45,079 nt of DNA, from positions 124,001 through 169,079 of the forward strand of contig CAYUVA010000002.1 in the NCBI GenBank assembly GCA_964448115.1. The letters run 5' to 3'. Under the pieces are notes generated by a model. The model had not been told where the DNA came from and ran no database searches. It saw only the letters and a list, made by a program, of their open reading frames with translations. Position numbers and translations under genes: made by a program. Positions 18,701-27,598 of the stretch are shown piece after piece (the first letter of the stretch is position 1; each line of letters opens with the position of its first letter). Origin of the DNA: an uncultured bacterium (lineage in GTDB: Bacteria > CAYUVA01).

Positions 18701-20402
18701 CAAGATAGAGCGACAGAGGCTATTCGATGCCTTAAGCAAAACCACCCTGCTGAGCGAGTCGATATATATTATTTATGATGGAGAACTCCTCGACCCTGTG
18801 GAGATCCAATCTCGTGGTTTATGGATAACCCGTCTTCTAAGTCAATACGAGCGCTCGGTTTACAAGCTATCCATCAGTACCCATTCAAACAGGCATTATG
18901 AGCTAGCAGTCGTTTTGCACCTCGATTTACCAGAGGAATCCATTATTGAGACGGTTCTTTGGACTATCAATATCGCCAGCTTGATTCACGGAAGCCCGGT
19001 TATTCCACGCTTTGGCAGCCTATCAGAAAGATACCTGGTAGCTGCGATACGCCATATAGAGGATCTCACTTTATGGGAACGAATGCGCGCTATCGCGGGC
19101 ACAAAGCAGAGGGGCGCGCAGGTGCCAGGGAAACAGCAATGGCAGCGGATGTTGACCCAGGCTATAGCGGTTTACCTGGAGGGATGGGTGCGCACGGGAA
19201 TGAGGATACTGCCGGGTCTCCCCTCCCCCAAGAATGTTATTGTGCCTGAAGCGGACTACAGAACCGCAGCAAGAATCGTCTCATTAGCAGGAAGGAAACC
19301 ATATCACAATAGCGCAGAGCTATTATTCAAGCTAGTGGATGGCTTTTATAATTCTGTTTGGGCGTATTTCCCTTGGACCTCCAATTTGCTAAGGATTGAC
19401 TGGCTATTCGATGCTGTTCTTGAGGTGCTTGGCGAAGAAAAGGGGCTTCGATTTCTCGAAAAGGCAAGCTATGAATGGAAAAAGAAGCATACAGAAGAAT
19501 GCGGTTGCGACATACAGGGGATTGCCAGGTCGTATATTCGAACGATTAACCAATCGGGCTATAAGCCACTGGTTTTGACGCTTGCGGTCATGCGCTACTT
19601 TCGTTGGGAGAAAGCAAATCGGCAGGCGACCAAGAAAGCCAGGTTTCAAACCCTGCTAAAACTCTATTCGCTTTATCGCCTGGATAGGTTTCCGCAATAC
19701 ATTTTTTATAATCTATTCAAGATGACCTATTTCAAAAGGGCGAGCGAAGATATCCGCCAGCACCTGGATCGTTTTATTCTATCGGCTCGTAAATACAGCG
19801 ATTCTCCCCCATCTGCCTTGGTGGAACTCTCCGATTTGTATGATGTCCTTACCGATGCAGATGACAAGATGGCGGTTACCATCATGGTCTATCCTCGTCT
19901 TTGGGAGCCGGTCAAGGCAGAGTTGGTGGAGATCCTTCGAGATGAGGATAGGATCCTCGGGCTTCAAACCGAGGTGCAAGATAAGGCGGGAATTCGCTAT
20001 CATGTTCGTCCCCCAAAGAATCCCAGGGAGGTTGGTCGGCTGTATCGTCTTTTCTACCTTGCGGATATTCCGATCACCTTTTCTTCCAAGCTGCATCATC
20101 TAGTTCTCGTTGATGAGCTAGAACGCGTGGTAGGCGGGTTAACCTACAGGCCGGGAACTACCTCCGAGGTGCACTTGGACTGGATGGTGGTAGCTGCTCC
20201 GTTGCGGGGTAAGGGGTTGGGTAGCAAGCTGATGTACGACTTCATCAGCCGAATGAGGCTGGAAGCTTATGAGGCGGTTACTACCCACTTCTACCGACAG
20301 GCTTTCTTGGAGCACCATGGCTTCAAGGTGCAAAAGGACTGGGGGGGATATGTTTATCTTCTACATGATAAAATGAAGAATGAAAAGAAAAGGAAAAGGT
20401 GA
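15777..20402 (+). CDS. 1541-aa fusion: long-chain acyl-CoA synthetase-like AMP-binding domain + helical/kinase-like middle + C-terminal GNAT
   Basis: ANL motifs VMFTSGSTGKPKG, GFGMTE, GWLYTGD, DRVKD..K..KG..IAPQKVE, ELTAKKSYKR; GNAT motif A VVAAPLRGKGLGSKL and terminal FLEHHGF. Confidence 0.85.
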   Translation: MRLNELLQGLESDVGASFEETQKKCMEILDAVESMVDGKQIDAENKVSLHQFLDISRKSQFLLALPSKQREQRWVQLVLKAIKASGYTLQTMFLQRVANYRSITALRTLRDDEIRDYSWSWLHRRVCALVSAIDAITKKKPKVAILSANSIESACVDLACLFGGIFVSPLDIHFDEEELTRLFKDFRYNIAFADNEERTLRLIEVRERLRADLEIICLGREEVFQFKGIRYLDQLLSDMGVAQQLPRITDPDRLATVMFTSGSTGKPKGVAFTDFNILSKRFCRAAAVPFIGDDDIFLCYLPLYHTFGRFLELMGCMFWGAIYTFVEDLSSETLITNMQRVQPTVLISIPQRWEYIKECAYQQLNEQYPTADQEHEALHKVVGGRLRWGLSAAGYLPAETFRFFQRNGVDLCSGFGMTEATGGITMTPPGRYKEGTVGIPLPGIEVQLTDSGEMRIRGAYVAKYITNIDEKLTYKDGWLYTGDIFTVDQDGYYTIVDRVKDIYKNTKGQTIAPQKVESLFKDVPGFKRVFLVGDGKPYNTLLVVPDLEDDQLELDKRSDEEKRAFFNSLILSANRSLPPYMRIVNFAILNRDFSIEHDELTAKKSYKRKNIVKNFEHVIEPMYRLNALELCRKDLKVVIPIWLMRELGVTEMMLELDEQGLKADGSMLLQIKSEEKASRIAIGKLAYQVSGNVIDLGLFVRSPYLYLGNPPLMRMAKGKAAWELELNGIAPRAFLPTDHDSIESPDIDVGTPDEEKALVPSLQNAHYFCSLALLGNQDVAIEAIKALGKIMEQSSPRLRGLIRSRLETLAEHRSFEVRKRAYITLLFSQPDYDYSNHFPAFIRSGKQFLDTEGIEEISKQNLEQERLTALRQRLKQYRKDMRMPLDEKTQKQFVTLYEMLITFAHHHPEYYENIREEFASWILECPDEYLSNLAYRYFFDLGHWFESWIRRQLPGLDLLGGSFWESRIVFEAGIPKIERQRLFDALSKTTLLSESIYIIYDGELLDPVEIQSRGLWITRLLSQYERSVYKLSISTHSNRHYELAVVLHLDLPEESIIETVLWTINIASLIHGSPVIPRFGSLSERYLVAAIRHIEDLTLWERMRAIAGTKQRGAQVPGKQQWQRMLTQAIAVYLEGWVRTGMRILPGLPSPKNVIVPEADYRTAARIVSLAGRKPYHNSAELLFKLVDGFYNSVWAYFPWTSNLLRIDWLFDAVLEVLGEEKGLRFLEKASYEWKKKHTEECGCDIQGIARSYIRTINQSGYKPLVLTLAVMRYFRWEKANRQATKKARFQTLLKLYSLYRLDRFPQYIFYNLFKMTYFKRASEDIRQHLDRFILSARKYSDSPPSALVELSDLYDVLTDADDKMAVTIMVYPRLWEPVKAELVEILRDEDRILGLQTEVQDKAGIRYHVRPPKNPREVGRLYRLFYLADIPITFSSKLHHLVLVDELERVVGGLTYRPGTTSEVHLDWMVVAAPLRGKGLGSKLMYDFISRMRLEAYEAVTTHFYRQAFLEHHGFKVQKDWGGYVYLLHDKMKNEKKRKR

Positions 20403-20565
20403 TACGATGCATGACAATATGGGGCGGGCTTTTGATACAATTATTGTCAGCAAAAAAATTGTTTCTTATGAGTAAAACATTATCGGTAGGCAAGTTACCA
20501 ACCTTCAATCGCCTTGACATGCCTTGTGCCTGGCATATCCTTGCTGATTTAGGGAAGGTACTTTG

Positions 20566-20581
20566 AGGCATAGAAATTGCA
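20566..20581 (+). promoter_or_regulatory. Candidate sigma-54 (-24/-12) promoter upstream of the IPTL-CTERM protein gene
   Basis: AGGCATAGAAATTGCA has GG-N10-GC spacing. A sigma-70-like TTGACA-N17-TAGCCT is also present at 20604-20632. Confidence 0.55.
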
Positions 20582-20710
20582 TAACCAATGTTCGGAAAAT
20601 TGATTGACATATCATGACTATTACTGTAGCCTTAGAAATTAGATAGCGATACACTAATATGAAGTGATAAACAAGGGAGAAAAAGCATATCCAAATGACG
20701 GAGGGCTTTC

Positions 20711-23587
20711 ATGAAAACGAGATATACCTATGTTCTATGGATCGTACTAATAGGCACTTGGCTTTGTGCTTCACCGGCTATTAGCGACAGCACATACCTC
20801 CAGAGTCAAACCTTAACCGAAGAGGAGAGGGCATTCATCGAGCTATTCGACTATGCGCCACCAAAGCCCGATGTTTCGGTAGGTATAGGCGAGCCAACCG
20901 CCAAGACAACCATCTGGATGGATTATTTCGACATGGGCGAGACCGGCTGGACGACAGTGGATCACACCGCTAGCACCTCGGCTAACTGGCGTAGCGTGGA
21001 CCTGGGAGCGCCTTATGGTTCGGCGCTATGGGCTGGTCCTGCTGGTGCAGGACCCTTTCCGGGCATGAGTTATCTGCCTAGCATGAACACCCAAGCGGTA
21101 ACCAAGCCAGGCGTACTCGACTTCACCGGTATGGGAGGAGATTATTACATTTTGTATTGGGCTCAGGATGTAGATCTCTCTAATGATACAGAGGACTACG
21201 GTAAGATCGAGATGTATAACCAGGTTGATGGAAAGTGGGATACACTTTATATTATACCACCGGGCTTGAATACTCAAGGCATGGTGAAACATCAGGTCTA
21301 TCTCAATGATACCTATGATGATCACACCCAGGCAAGACTGCGCTTCATATTCTTCTCCAACCATGACAACCAGGTAGATGAAGGCTGGTATATCGATGAT
21401 GTCAAGATCACGCGTGTCCCTTGGGTCTATGTGGCACCGGAGAGCTTCGAGTATGGCTTCCCCCCCAAGGACTGGACAACCCAGTTTACAAATCCTATCT
21501 ACAAATGGATCCGAGCCACCGAGACCAAGCATACCGGCACCGCCTCCTGCAAGGTTCAGGCTGAGCTGGATCAGGATGAATGGCTGATTACGCCGAAGTT
21601 CGTTATACCAGGGCTGGCAAGCTGCTATCTTACCTTCTGGTGGAACCATGAGACCAACGAGAACAATCACATAAATATCAAAGCCTCCATCAATGATGGT
21701 GTTACCTGGCCTTATAATGTCGATGTGATCGACAGCGCCGACCTGGATAACTTCTGGGAGCGTGAAAAGGTTATAGATCTTAGTTTCCTTGCCGGACACG
21801 ACAATGTCAGGATTGCCTGGCAATATGTGGGAAGTAACGGGAGGAACTTCTTTATAGATGATGTCAAGATCATATCGTCGGAGACGATCATCTATGAGAA
21901 CAATATGGACTCTCCTGCTGCCACAATGAATTTTGAGCAAGCCCCTGCCTCGGGTGACCTATGGCATTGGATAGGTCTTGGTCATGAGACGATGACCAAT
22001 AACGATGGCTACCCTATTTACAAGAGCTTCCCCAATGCCTGGTTCTGCGGTTATCCGACCAGCGTCAGAAGCGACGGGCAGGGAAGGACAGCACAGGGGC
22101 GCGGTTCATGGTGGCCTATAGAGCATAATTATAGGAGTTTCAATTGTTCGCTTGTGTCCCCTAATATCGATATAAGCGGCTGGACCCCGCTTGATATTAT
22201 GCTTATTCAGTTCTACAATCGCAGGATGCAGGAGCACGGCACTTTTCATCTTGAGGCATCAAGCAACGGCGGTGTCACCTGGGTCCCGCTGGAATACTTC
22301 AACACCGATACCAACGAGGGACGCTCCACAGCCGGCGGCTGGAGATACAACTATTACTCATCCATTAAGGGATGGGGCGGTGCCAGCCAGTTCAAGTTCA
22401 GATTTGTAGCCGGCATGAACAGCCTGACCTTCAAGGATTATTCCTATTGGTATATTGATAATGTCAGGGTGGTTACCGACATTGCAGGACCGAAGATCGT
22501 CCATACACCACTAAGGAATACTTTCAGCACCTCATCGAGAACCATATCCGCTGAGATAGAAGATGATTCAGGCATCGGTACTCCACACCCGAGGGTTTAT
22601 TATCGGATAAATGGCACCGGAAACTGGTCGGATAATTATGTTACCTTGAGCTTATATGAGGGAAATACATGGGTGGGAACCTTACCCGGTCAGGCAGCAG
22701 GAAGCACGGTAGATTATTTCATCGAAGCCAGGGACAATGCACCGATACCCAATATCTCGACTGCGCCGGAGAATGCTCCAATTCTCGATTACTATAGCTA
22801 TAAAGTGCTCCCCTCTTCTGCTAAGATCCTGGTTTATTATGACGGCATAGACACCGAGCCGGATGCATATACTCGAGGATTGAGTAGCATAACTACAAAG
22901 GGCGTCAATTATGATGTCTATCAGAGAAAGAGTACAGACCCTGCCACCACTATTCTTTCATATTATGACATGGTGATCTGGGATGAGGGTACATTCCTTA
23001 CCGCCTCTCAGCAGGCTGCGCTCATTACATTCCTCAATTCAGGGACGGTAGCGAATCCACACAAGCTATTCATCGTCGGCGAGGATATCGGGCAGTGGCA
23101 CAAGGATGATGAGTTCTACCAGAGATATCTGAATGCCAGCTTCGTGTATGATAATCCTAATACCCGCGAACTTATCGGGTGGGGCAGGTACATCGACGAG
23201 CTTAAGGCAGAGAATCCGGATGTGATCGAGTTCTCGCAATATGCCGATGGTAACTTCAGTGATTCGCTGCTTTATTACTATTATTCATCCGGAAAGTACA
23301 ACGAAATCGCTGCCATCTCTGTTGTTAAGCCGGGTCCGGATTATAATCCCGATGATCCAGAGCACAACACAGATTTCCTATATGATATCGTTTACTTCGC
23401 CTTCCCCTTCAGCGGTATCCCGGATGATCAGCAGATAAGCATAATGCAGCGCGTGTATAATCTACTGGGCAATCCGTGGCTCCCCATACCGAGCCTTTCC
23501 TGGTGGGGATTCATCCTAACCATCCTGCTGATAAGCGTGGTGCTTCTAATAAAGAGGATAAAGCTGCCCATCAAGGACCAGGGATAA
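20711..23587 (+). CDS. Large secreted multidomain surface protein with a C-terminal IPTL-CTERM sorting signal
   Basis: Signal peptide; repeated jelly-roll domains ending GWYIDDVKI / FFIDDVKI / WYIDNVRV (cleaved-adhesin/choice-of-anchor J-like); Ig-like 'GPKIVHTPL..VDYFIEARD'; C-terminus IPSLSWWG + TM helix + basic tail. Confidence 0.85.
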   Translation: MKTRYTYVLWIVLIGTWLCASPAISDSTYLQSQTLTEEERAFIELFDYAPPKPDVSVGIGEPTAKTTIWMDYFDMGETGWTTVDHTASTSANWRSVDLGAPYGSALWAGPAGAGPFPGMSYLPSMNTQAVTKPGVLDFTGMGGDYYILYWAQDVDLSNDTEDYGKIEMYNQVDGKWDTLYIIPPGLNTQGMVKHQVYLNDTYDDHTQARLRFIFFSNHDNQVDEGWYIDDVKITRVPWVYVAPESFEYGFPPKDWTTQFTNPIYKWIRATETKHTGTASCKVQAELDQDEWLITPKFVIPGLASCYLTFWWNHETNENNHINIKASINDGVTWPYNVDVIDSADLDNFWEREKVIDLSFLAGHDNVRIAWQYVGSNGRNFFIDDVKIISSETIIYENNMDSPAATMNFEQAPASGDLWHWIGLGHETMTNNDGYPIYKSFPNAWFCGYPTSVRSDGQGRTAQGRGSWWPIEHNYRSFNCSLVSPNIDISGWTPLDIMLIQFYNRRMQEHGTFHLEASSNGGVTWVPLEYFNTDTNEGRSTAGGWRYNYYSSIKGWGGASQFKFRFVAGMNSLTFKDYSYWYIDNVRVVTDIAGPKIVHTPLRNTFSTSSRTISAEIEDDSGIGTPHPRVYYRINGTGNWSDNYVTLSLYEGNTWVGTLPGQAAGSTVDYFIEARDNAPIPNISTAPENAPILDYYSYKVLPSSAKILVYYDGIDTEPDAYTRGLSSITTKGVNYDVYQRKSTDPATTILSYYDMVIWDEGTFLTASQQAALITFLNSGTVANPHKLFIVGEDIGQWHKDDEFYQRYLNASFVYDNPNTRELIGWGRYIDELKAENPDVIEFSQYADGNFSDSLLYYYYSSGKYNEIAAISVVKPGPDYNPDDPEHNTDFLYDIVYFAFPFSGIPDDQQISIMQRVYNLLGNPWLPIPSLSWWGFILTILLISVVLLIKRIKLPIKDQG

Positions 23588-23685
23588 TAGGCAAAGCAAG
23601 GGTGGAACCAAAGATTGAACTCCTGGTGATAATATAGGTATCCTGTGTATCCCGACATTATCCAAGATTCTATTAGGACGATTGC

Positions 23686-24240
23686 TTGGCGATGAAGGTT
23701 CTGCCCAAGATTGGACGGTTCTTGAAACAAAATAGCGTTCTTTTCAAGTTCTATGGACTGCTTTTATACTTCATTCTCTTGTTTTTCCTGATGCTCCACT
23801 GGGATATCTCGCACAAGTACATTGCAGAATATTTTCCCAAACTAATCGCTGCCGTGTCAGGATTTTTCCTCAATCTAGTGGGCATCGAGACAAAAGTTAC
23901 CGGGATCAATGTACAGGTGGAGAATGGATTCGGGTTCACACTGGTGTATCACTGCGCAGGCATTTTCGCCATGATCATATATATCTCCGCTGTGCTGGCA
24001 TATCCTGCTCGTTTCAGGGAAAAGTTGCTAGGATTAGTCCTGGGATTGCCTTTTCTCAATGCTGTAAATATCACGCGGGTTATAATCCTCGGTATCGTGG
24101 GCAATTACTACCCTAGATTTTTCGATTTTTTCCACGAGTATCTTTGGCAGGGAATATTTATCGTATTTGTCATCGGCATCTGGATGATCTGGAGGGAGAA
24201 GTTCGTAAAGGGTGAAAAGGATACTGCTGTTCCTGATTAA
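23686..24240 (+). CDS. xrtH: Exosortase H (IPTLxxWG-CTERM-specific)
   Basis: Exosortase triad Cys (YHCAG), Arg (NITRV) and His (FHEYLWQ); AVLAYPA motif; adjacent to an IPTL-CTERM target. Confidence 0.88.
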   Translation: MAMKVLPKIGRFLKQNSVLFKFYGLLLYFILLFFLMLHWDISHKYIAEYFPKLIAAVSGFFLNLVGIETKVTGINVQVENGFGFTLVYHCAGIFAMIIYISAVLAYPARFREKLLGLVLGLPFLNAVNITRVIILGIVGNYYPRFFDFFHEYLWQGIFIVFVIGIWMIWREKFVKGEKDTAVPD

Positions 24241-24802
24241 GTTTCTTGTCATCTCCATAATTCTGGGGGTGGTATGGTACGCCTTTGTGCATGGATATTA
24301 TTTAAAACTGATTTGTGGGAGCTGGAATGTATTCTATAAGGTTAGTATAAGCGACAAGAAGGTTAACCTTTCAGCAAATATACTCTCTTTTTATTTCAAG
24401 GATGAATCAACTGGATCAATGGCTCTATTCATGCAGATAGATGGCAAGTCATTGACCTTCAACATCATACCGCTTATCGCCTTATTCTTGTCTAATCCAG
24501 GCATTGGGATCAAACGAAGGATGCTCACCCTCTCCATCGGCTTGATCATTATATATTCAAGCCACCTATTGCATATCAAACTCGATTTTTATCGAGTCAT
24601 GCCAATTGAGAAGATTTACCTGTATGGCGGGTTCTGGTTCAAGGTCGAGCAAATTACACGCTTTTTTTGGCATAACACATTGAAGTACTCCGGGATCTTC
24701 TATGAACAGGTCGGCTCGCAGCTTATGCCATTAATTCTATGGATGGTGCTTCAGTTCAGGGAATTCCGCTCATTTTTCCCTCAAAAAGCGCCGCCACCTT
24801 GA
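24212..24802 (+). CDS. Exosortase H-associated membrane protein
   Basis: Multi-TM protein overlapping the end of xrtH; 'FNIIPLIALFLSNPG' and terminal 'PLILW' patterns; position as in known XrtH cassettes. Confidence 0.65.
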   Translation: MKRILLFLIKFLVISIILGVVWYAFVHGYYLKLICGSWNVFYKVSISDKKVNLSANILSFYFKDESTGSMALFMQIDGKSLTFNIIPLIALFLSNPGIGIKRRMLTLSIGLIIIYSSHLLHIKLDFYRVMPIEKIYLYGGFWFKVEQITRFFWHNTLKYSGIFYEQVGSQLMPLILWMVLQFREFRSFFPQKAPPP

Positions 24803-24926
24803 CTATAACTGAACGGCTGGTATCATGGTTAGCTAAATGCTCGATATTCACTAGTCCGGTATCTCAACTTGGGATCACAAGAGGCTAAGATGTCCAAGAA
24901 AACGAGATTGCAAATCTAAACCAAAC

Positions 24927-25823
24927 ATGGAGAGTTTTATGACAGATTTTAAGGGATGCCTGGTAGCTTTAGTTACACCTTTTAAGGATGACGGCAATGT
25001 CGATATTGAGACCCTAGGGAATCTATTGAAATTTCATGTTGACGAGGGGACTCATGGAATAGTCCTCTGCGGCTCCACCGGCGAGTCATCAACTTTAGCC
25101 TGGGACGAGAAGCTACAGGTCTATCAGGAGGCTACCGAGAGGATCAAACAGCAGATACCGGTCATCGGCTGCATCGGCACCAATGTAACTGAGGCTGCCT
25201 TGGAGATGGTTTCAGATCTGGATGGGCTGGATTTAGACGGCATCATGGTTACCAATCCAAGCTACAACAAGCCGACTCAGGAGGGCTTGTATCAACATTT
25301 CAAGAGGATCGCAGAGAATACCCATAAACCGATTATCATCTACAATATACCGAGCAGAACCGGCGTCAATATGCTTCCGGCAACAGTCAAAAGACTCAGC
25401 GAGATATCAAATATCGTTGCCATCAAGGAAGCTAGCGGCGATATAACCTTGACCATGGAGATCAAACACCTGTGCGGCAATGATATCTCAGTCTTATCTG
25501 GCGATGATCTTCTCGCCTTACCGATAATGTCGGTCGGCGGCGATGGAGTGATCTCGGTGGTGGCAAATATCGTGCCGGAGATGATGAATGACCTGGTGGA
25601 GACCTTTTTCACTGAGGATATCCGAAAGGCTTCACAAATAGCCATCGACATGGTACGACTCTGCAAGGCAATGTTCATAGAGTCCAATCCTATCCCAGTC
25701 AAGGCTGCCATGAAGATGATGGGTATGATCCCCAATGACTCCCTGCGACTCCCCCTTACAACAATGACCGATGAGAACAGGAGCCTGATGCGAGAGATCC
25801 TGACCGGCTACAACTTGATATAA
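24927..25823 (+). CDS. dapA: 4-hydroxy-tetrahydrodipicolinate synthase
   Basis: ALVTPF, GSTGES, YNKPTQEGLYQHF, YNIPSRT, IKEASG, SGDD, ESNPIPVK. Confidence 0.96.
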   Translation: MESFMTDFKGCLVALVTPFKDDGNVDIETLGNLLKFHVDEGTHGIVLCGSTGESSTLAWDEKLQVYQEATERIKQQIPVIGCIGTNVTEAALEMVSDLDGLDLDGIMVTNPSYNKPTQEGLYQHFKRIAENTHKPIIIYNIPSRTGVNMLPATVKRLSEISNIVAIKEASGDITLTMEIKHLCGNDISVLSGDDLLALPIMSVGGDGVISVVANIVPEMMNDLVETFFTEDIRKASQIAIDMVRLCKAMFIESNPIPVKAAMKMMGMIPNDSLRLPLTTMTDENRSLMREILTGYNLI

Positions 25824-25848
25824 GGCTGTAGAGTATTGAAATCACAAT

Positions 25849-26685
25849 GTGAAGGATGATCTTATGAACCGAAGTGCCCTAAGGATAGCGATAAACGGCG
25901 CCCTGGGAAAGATGTCCTCGGCGACCATAATGGAAGCGATGAAAAGAGCTGATTTCGCTCTGGTCGATGCCATGGAAAAGCCCCAATCCCCTTTCATTGG
26001 TAAGGATATCGGGTTGATCCTGGGGGTAGGCGAGGTTGGAGTAAAGGTGAGCGAGTCGCCGATTTGTTCTCCTGGGGCAGAGGTGGTCATTGATTTCTCG
26101 CTTCCTGGGGCTTGCATGCAATGCGCCAGGCAGGCAGCCAGCGACAAGAGACCATTTATTAGCGGTACTACCGGCTTGAGTAATGATGATCTTATGGAAC
26201 TTCAGGTCTTGGCTGAACAAGTCCCAATAGTCTATGCGCCCAACATGAGCCTGGGCATCAACCTGTTATCCGGTCTCATAAGCTATATAACTGCCTCCCT
26301 GGGAGATGCCTATGATGTAGAGATCGTGGAGCGACACCATCGCCACAAACTGGATGCCCCTAGCGGAACTGCATTGATGCTAGCCGGTCGTATCGCTAGT
26401 GCAAGGGGATTATCGAGCGATGATGTCCTCAAGTTCGGTCGAGAAAAAGGAAAGAGTCCCCGCAAAAAAGATGAGATAGCAGTGCATGCAATCAGGGCTG
26501 GCGATATCTTCGGGGAACACGAGATCATCTTCGCCGGAGAGAAGGAAGAACTGGTATGCATTCACAGGGCAATGGGGCGGGAGACCTTTGCCAAAGGAGC
26601 GCTGCGAGCAGCAAAGTTCATCGTGGATAAACAACCTGGGTTCTACAGCATGCTCGATGTGCTCGGATTCGGGGAGATTGATTGA
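25849..26685 (+). CDS. dapB: 4-hydroxy-tetrahydrodipicolinate reductase
   Basis: GALGKM, IDFS, GTTG, APNMSLG, ERHHRHKLDAPSGTA, RAGDIFGEH, FAKGALRAA. Confidence 0.96.
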   Translation: MKDDLMNRSALRIAINGALGKMSSATIMEAMKRADFALVDAMEKPQSPFIGKDIGLILGVGEVGVKVSESPICSPGAEVVIDFSLPGACMQCARQAASDKRPFISGTTGLSNDDLMELQVLAEQVPIVYAPNMSLGINLLSGLISYITASLGDAYDVEIVERHHRHKLDAPSGTALMLAGRIASARGLSSDDVLKFGREKGKSPRKKDEIAVHAIRAGDIFGEHEIIFAGEKEELVCIHRAMGRETFAKGALRAAKFIVDKQPGFYSMLDVLGFGEID

Positions 26686-27440
26686 AGATGCGGTCGCTTG
26701 ATGAGACTGTGGCTTACCTTGATGAGATACTTACACCACATTTATATCAGGACAAGTGCTACAACGGGCTTCAGGTAAAGGGCAAATCCGAGGTCAGCAG
26801 GGTGGCATTCGGGCTTGACGCTAGCTTGCAGCTCTTCCAACAGGCGTCTCGATTTGACATGATCGTGGTGCATCACGGATTGATCTGGGGTGGCATTGAG
26901 CGAATTGGGGAGCCATTGAAGGAGAGGCTGAGGATTCTACTTCAGAAGGATATCTCCCTGTATTGCAGCCACCACCCCCTGGACGCACATCCCGAAATTG
27001 GTACAGCAGCCACCCTGGCTAAGGGACTGGGACTGAAGAATATTGGTCATTATGGCGCCAGTGAGCACGAAAGCTGGGGGAAGAGGGGTGAATTCGAGAG
27101 GGAGTTAAGCATTAATGAGGCTGCCGAGCGGTTGGAAACCATCATTGGGACAAAACCTCTCATCTTTGATATGAGAGAACGCCCGATCAGTAAGGTTGCC
27201 ATCGTAACCGGACAAGGAGCTAGCGAGATATCGCGCTATGCGCAAGAGCCATTCGATCTTTTCATAACCGGGGAGCCGAGCCATAATATTTATCACTATG
27301 CCAGGGAAATGGATATAGACCTATTGTTCGGCGGACATTATGCGACCGAGACGCCCGGCTTGAAGGCATTAATGCGGTTGTTTATAAAACACTTTCCTGA
27401 CCTAGAGGTTAAATTCATCGATATGCCTACTTGTTTATAG
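26682..27440 (+). CDS. Nif3-like dinuclear metal center hexameric protein
   Basis: NGLQV.G, VHHG, H.PLDAHPE.G, FITGE, GGHYATE. Confidence 0.92.
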   Translation: MKMRSLDETVAYLDEILTPHLYQDKCYNGLQVKGKSEVSRVAFGLDASLQLFQQASRFDMIVVHHGLIWGGIERIGEPLKERLRILLQKDISLYCSHHPLDAHPEIGTAATLAKGLGLKNIGHYGASEHESWGKRGEFERELSINEAAERLETIIGTKPLIFDMRERPISKVAIVTGQGASEISRYAQEPFDLFITGEPSHNIYHYAREMDIDLLFGGHYATETPGLKALMRLFIKHFPDLEVKFIDMPTCL

Positions 27441-27598
27441 CTTTTATTATTAGAATTATTGATACTACTTGCAATAAGATTACTATCTTTAGTTGCAAAT
27501 GGCTAAAGAAAGAATATTTTCTTTCACCGACATAAATTTTCTCATATTTTTTCACTAGGGTTGTTTTATCTCTGGCGTAATCATCAATTCTATTCAGT

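Noticed and set aside
20531-20544. Second sigma-54-like motif TGGCATATCCTTGC
   Set aside because: GG-to-GC spacing is 9 nt rather than the required 10.
21026-21940. 304-aa ORF antisense to the IPTL-CTERM protein
   Set aside because: Shadow ORF fully inside a well-supported gene, with no recognisable motifs.
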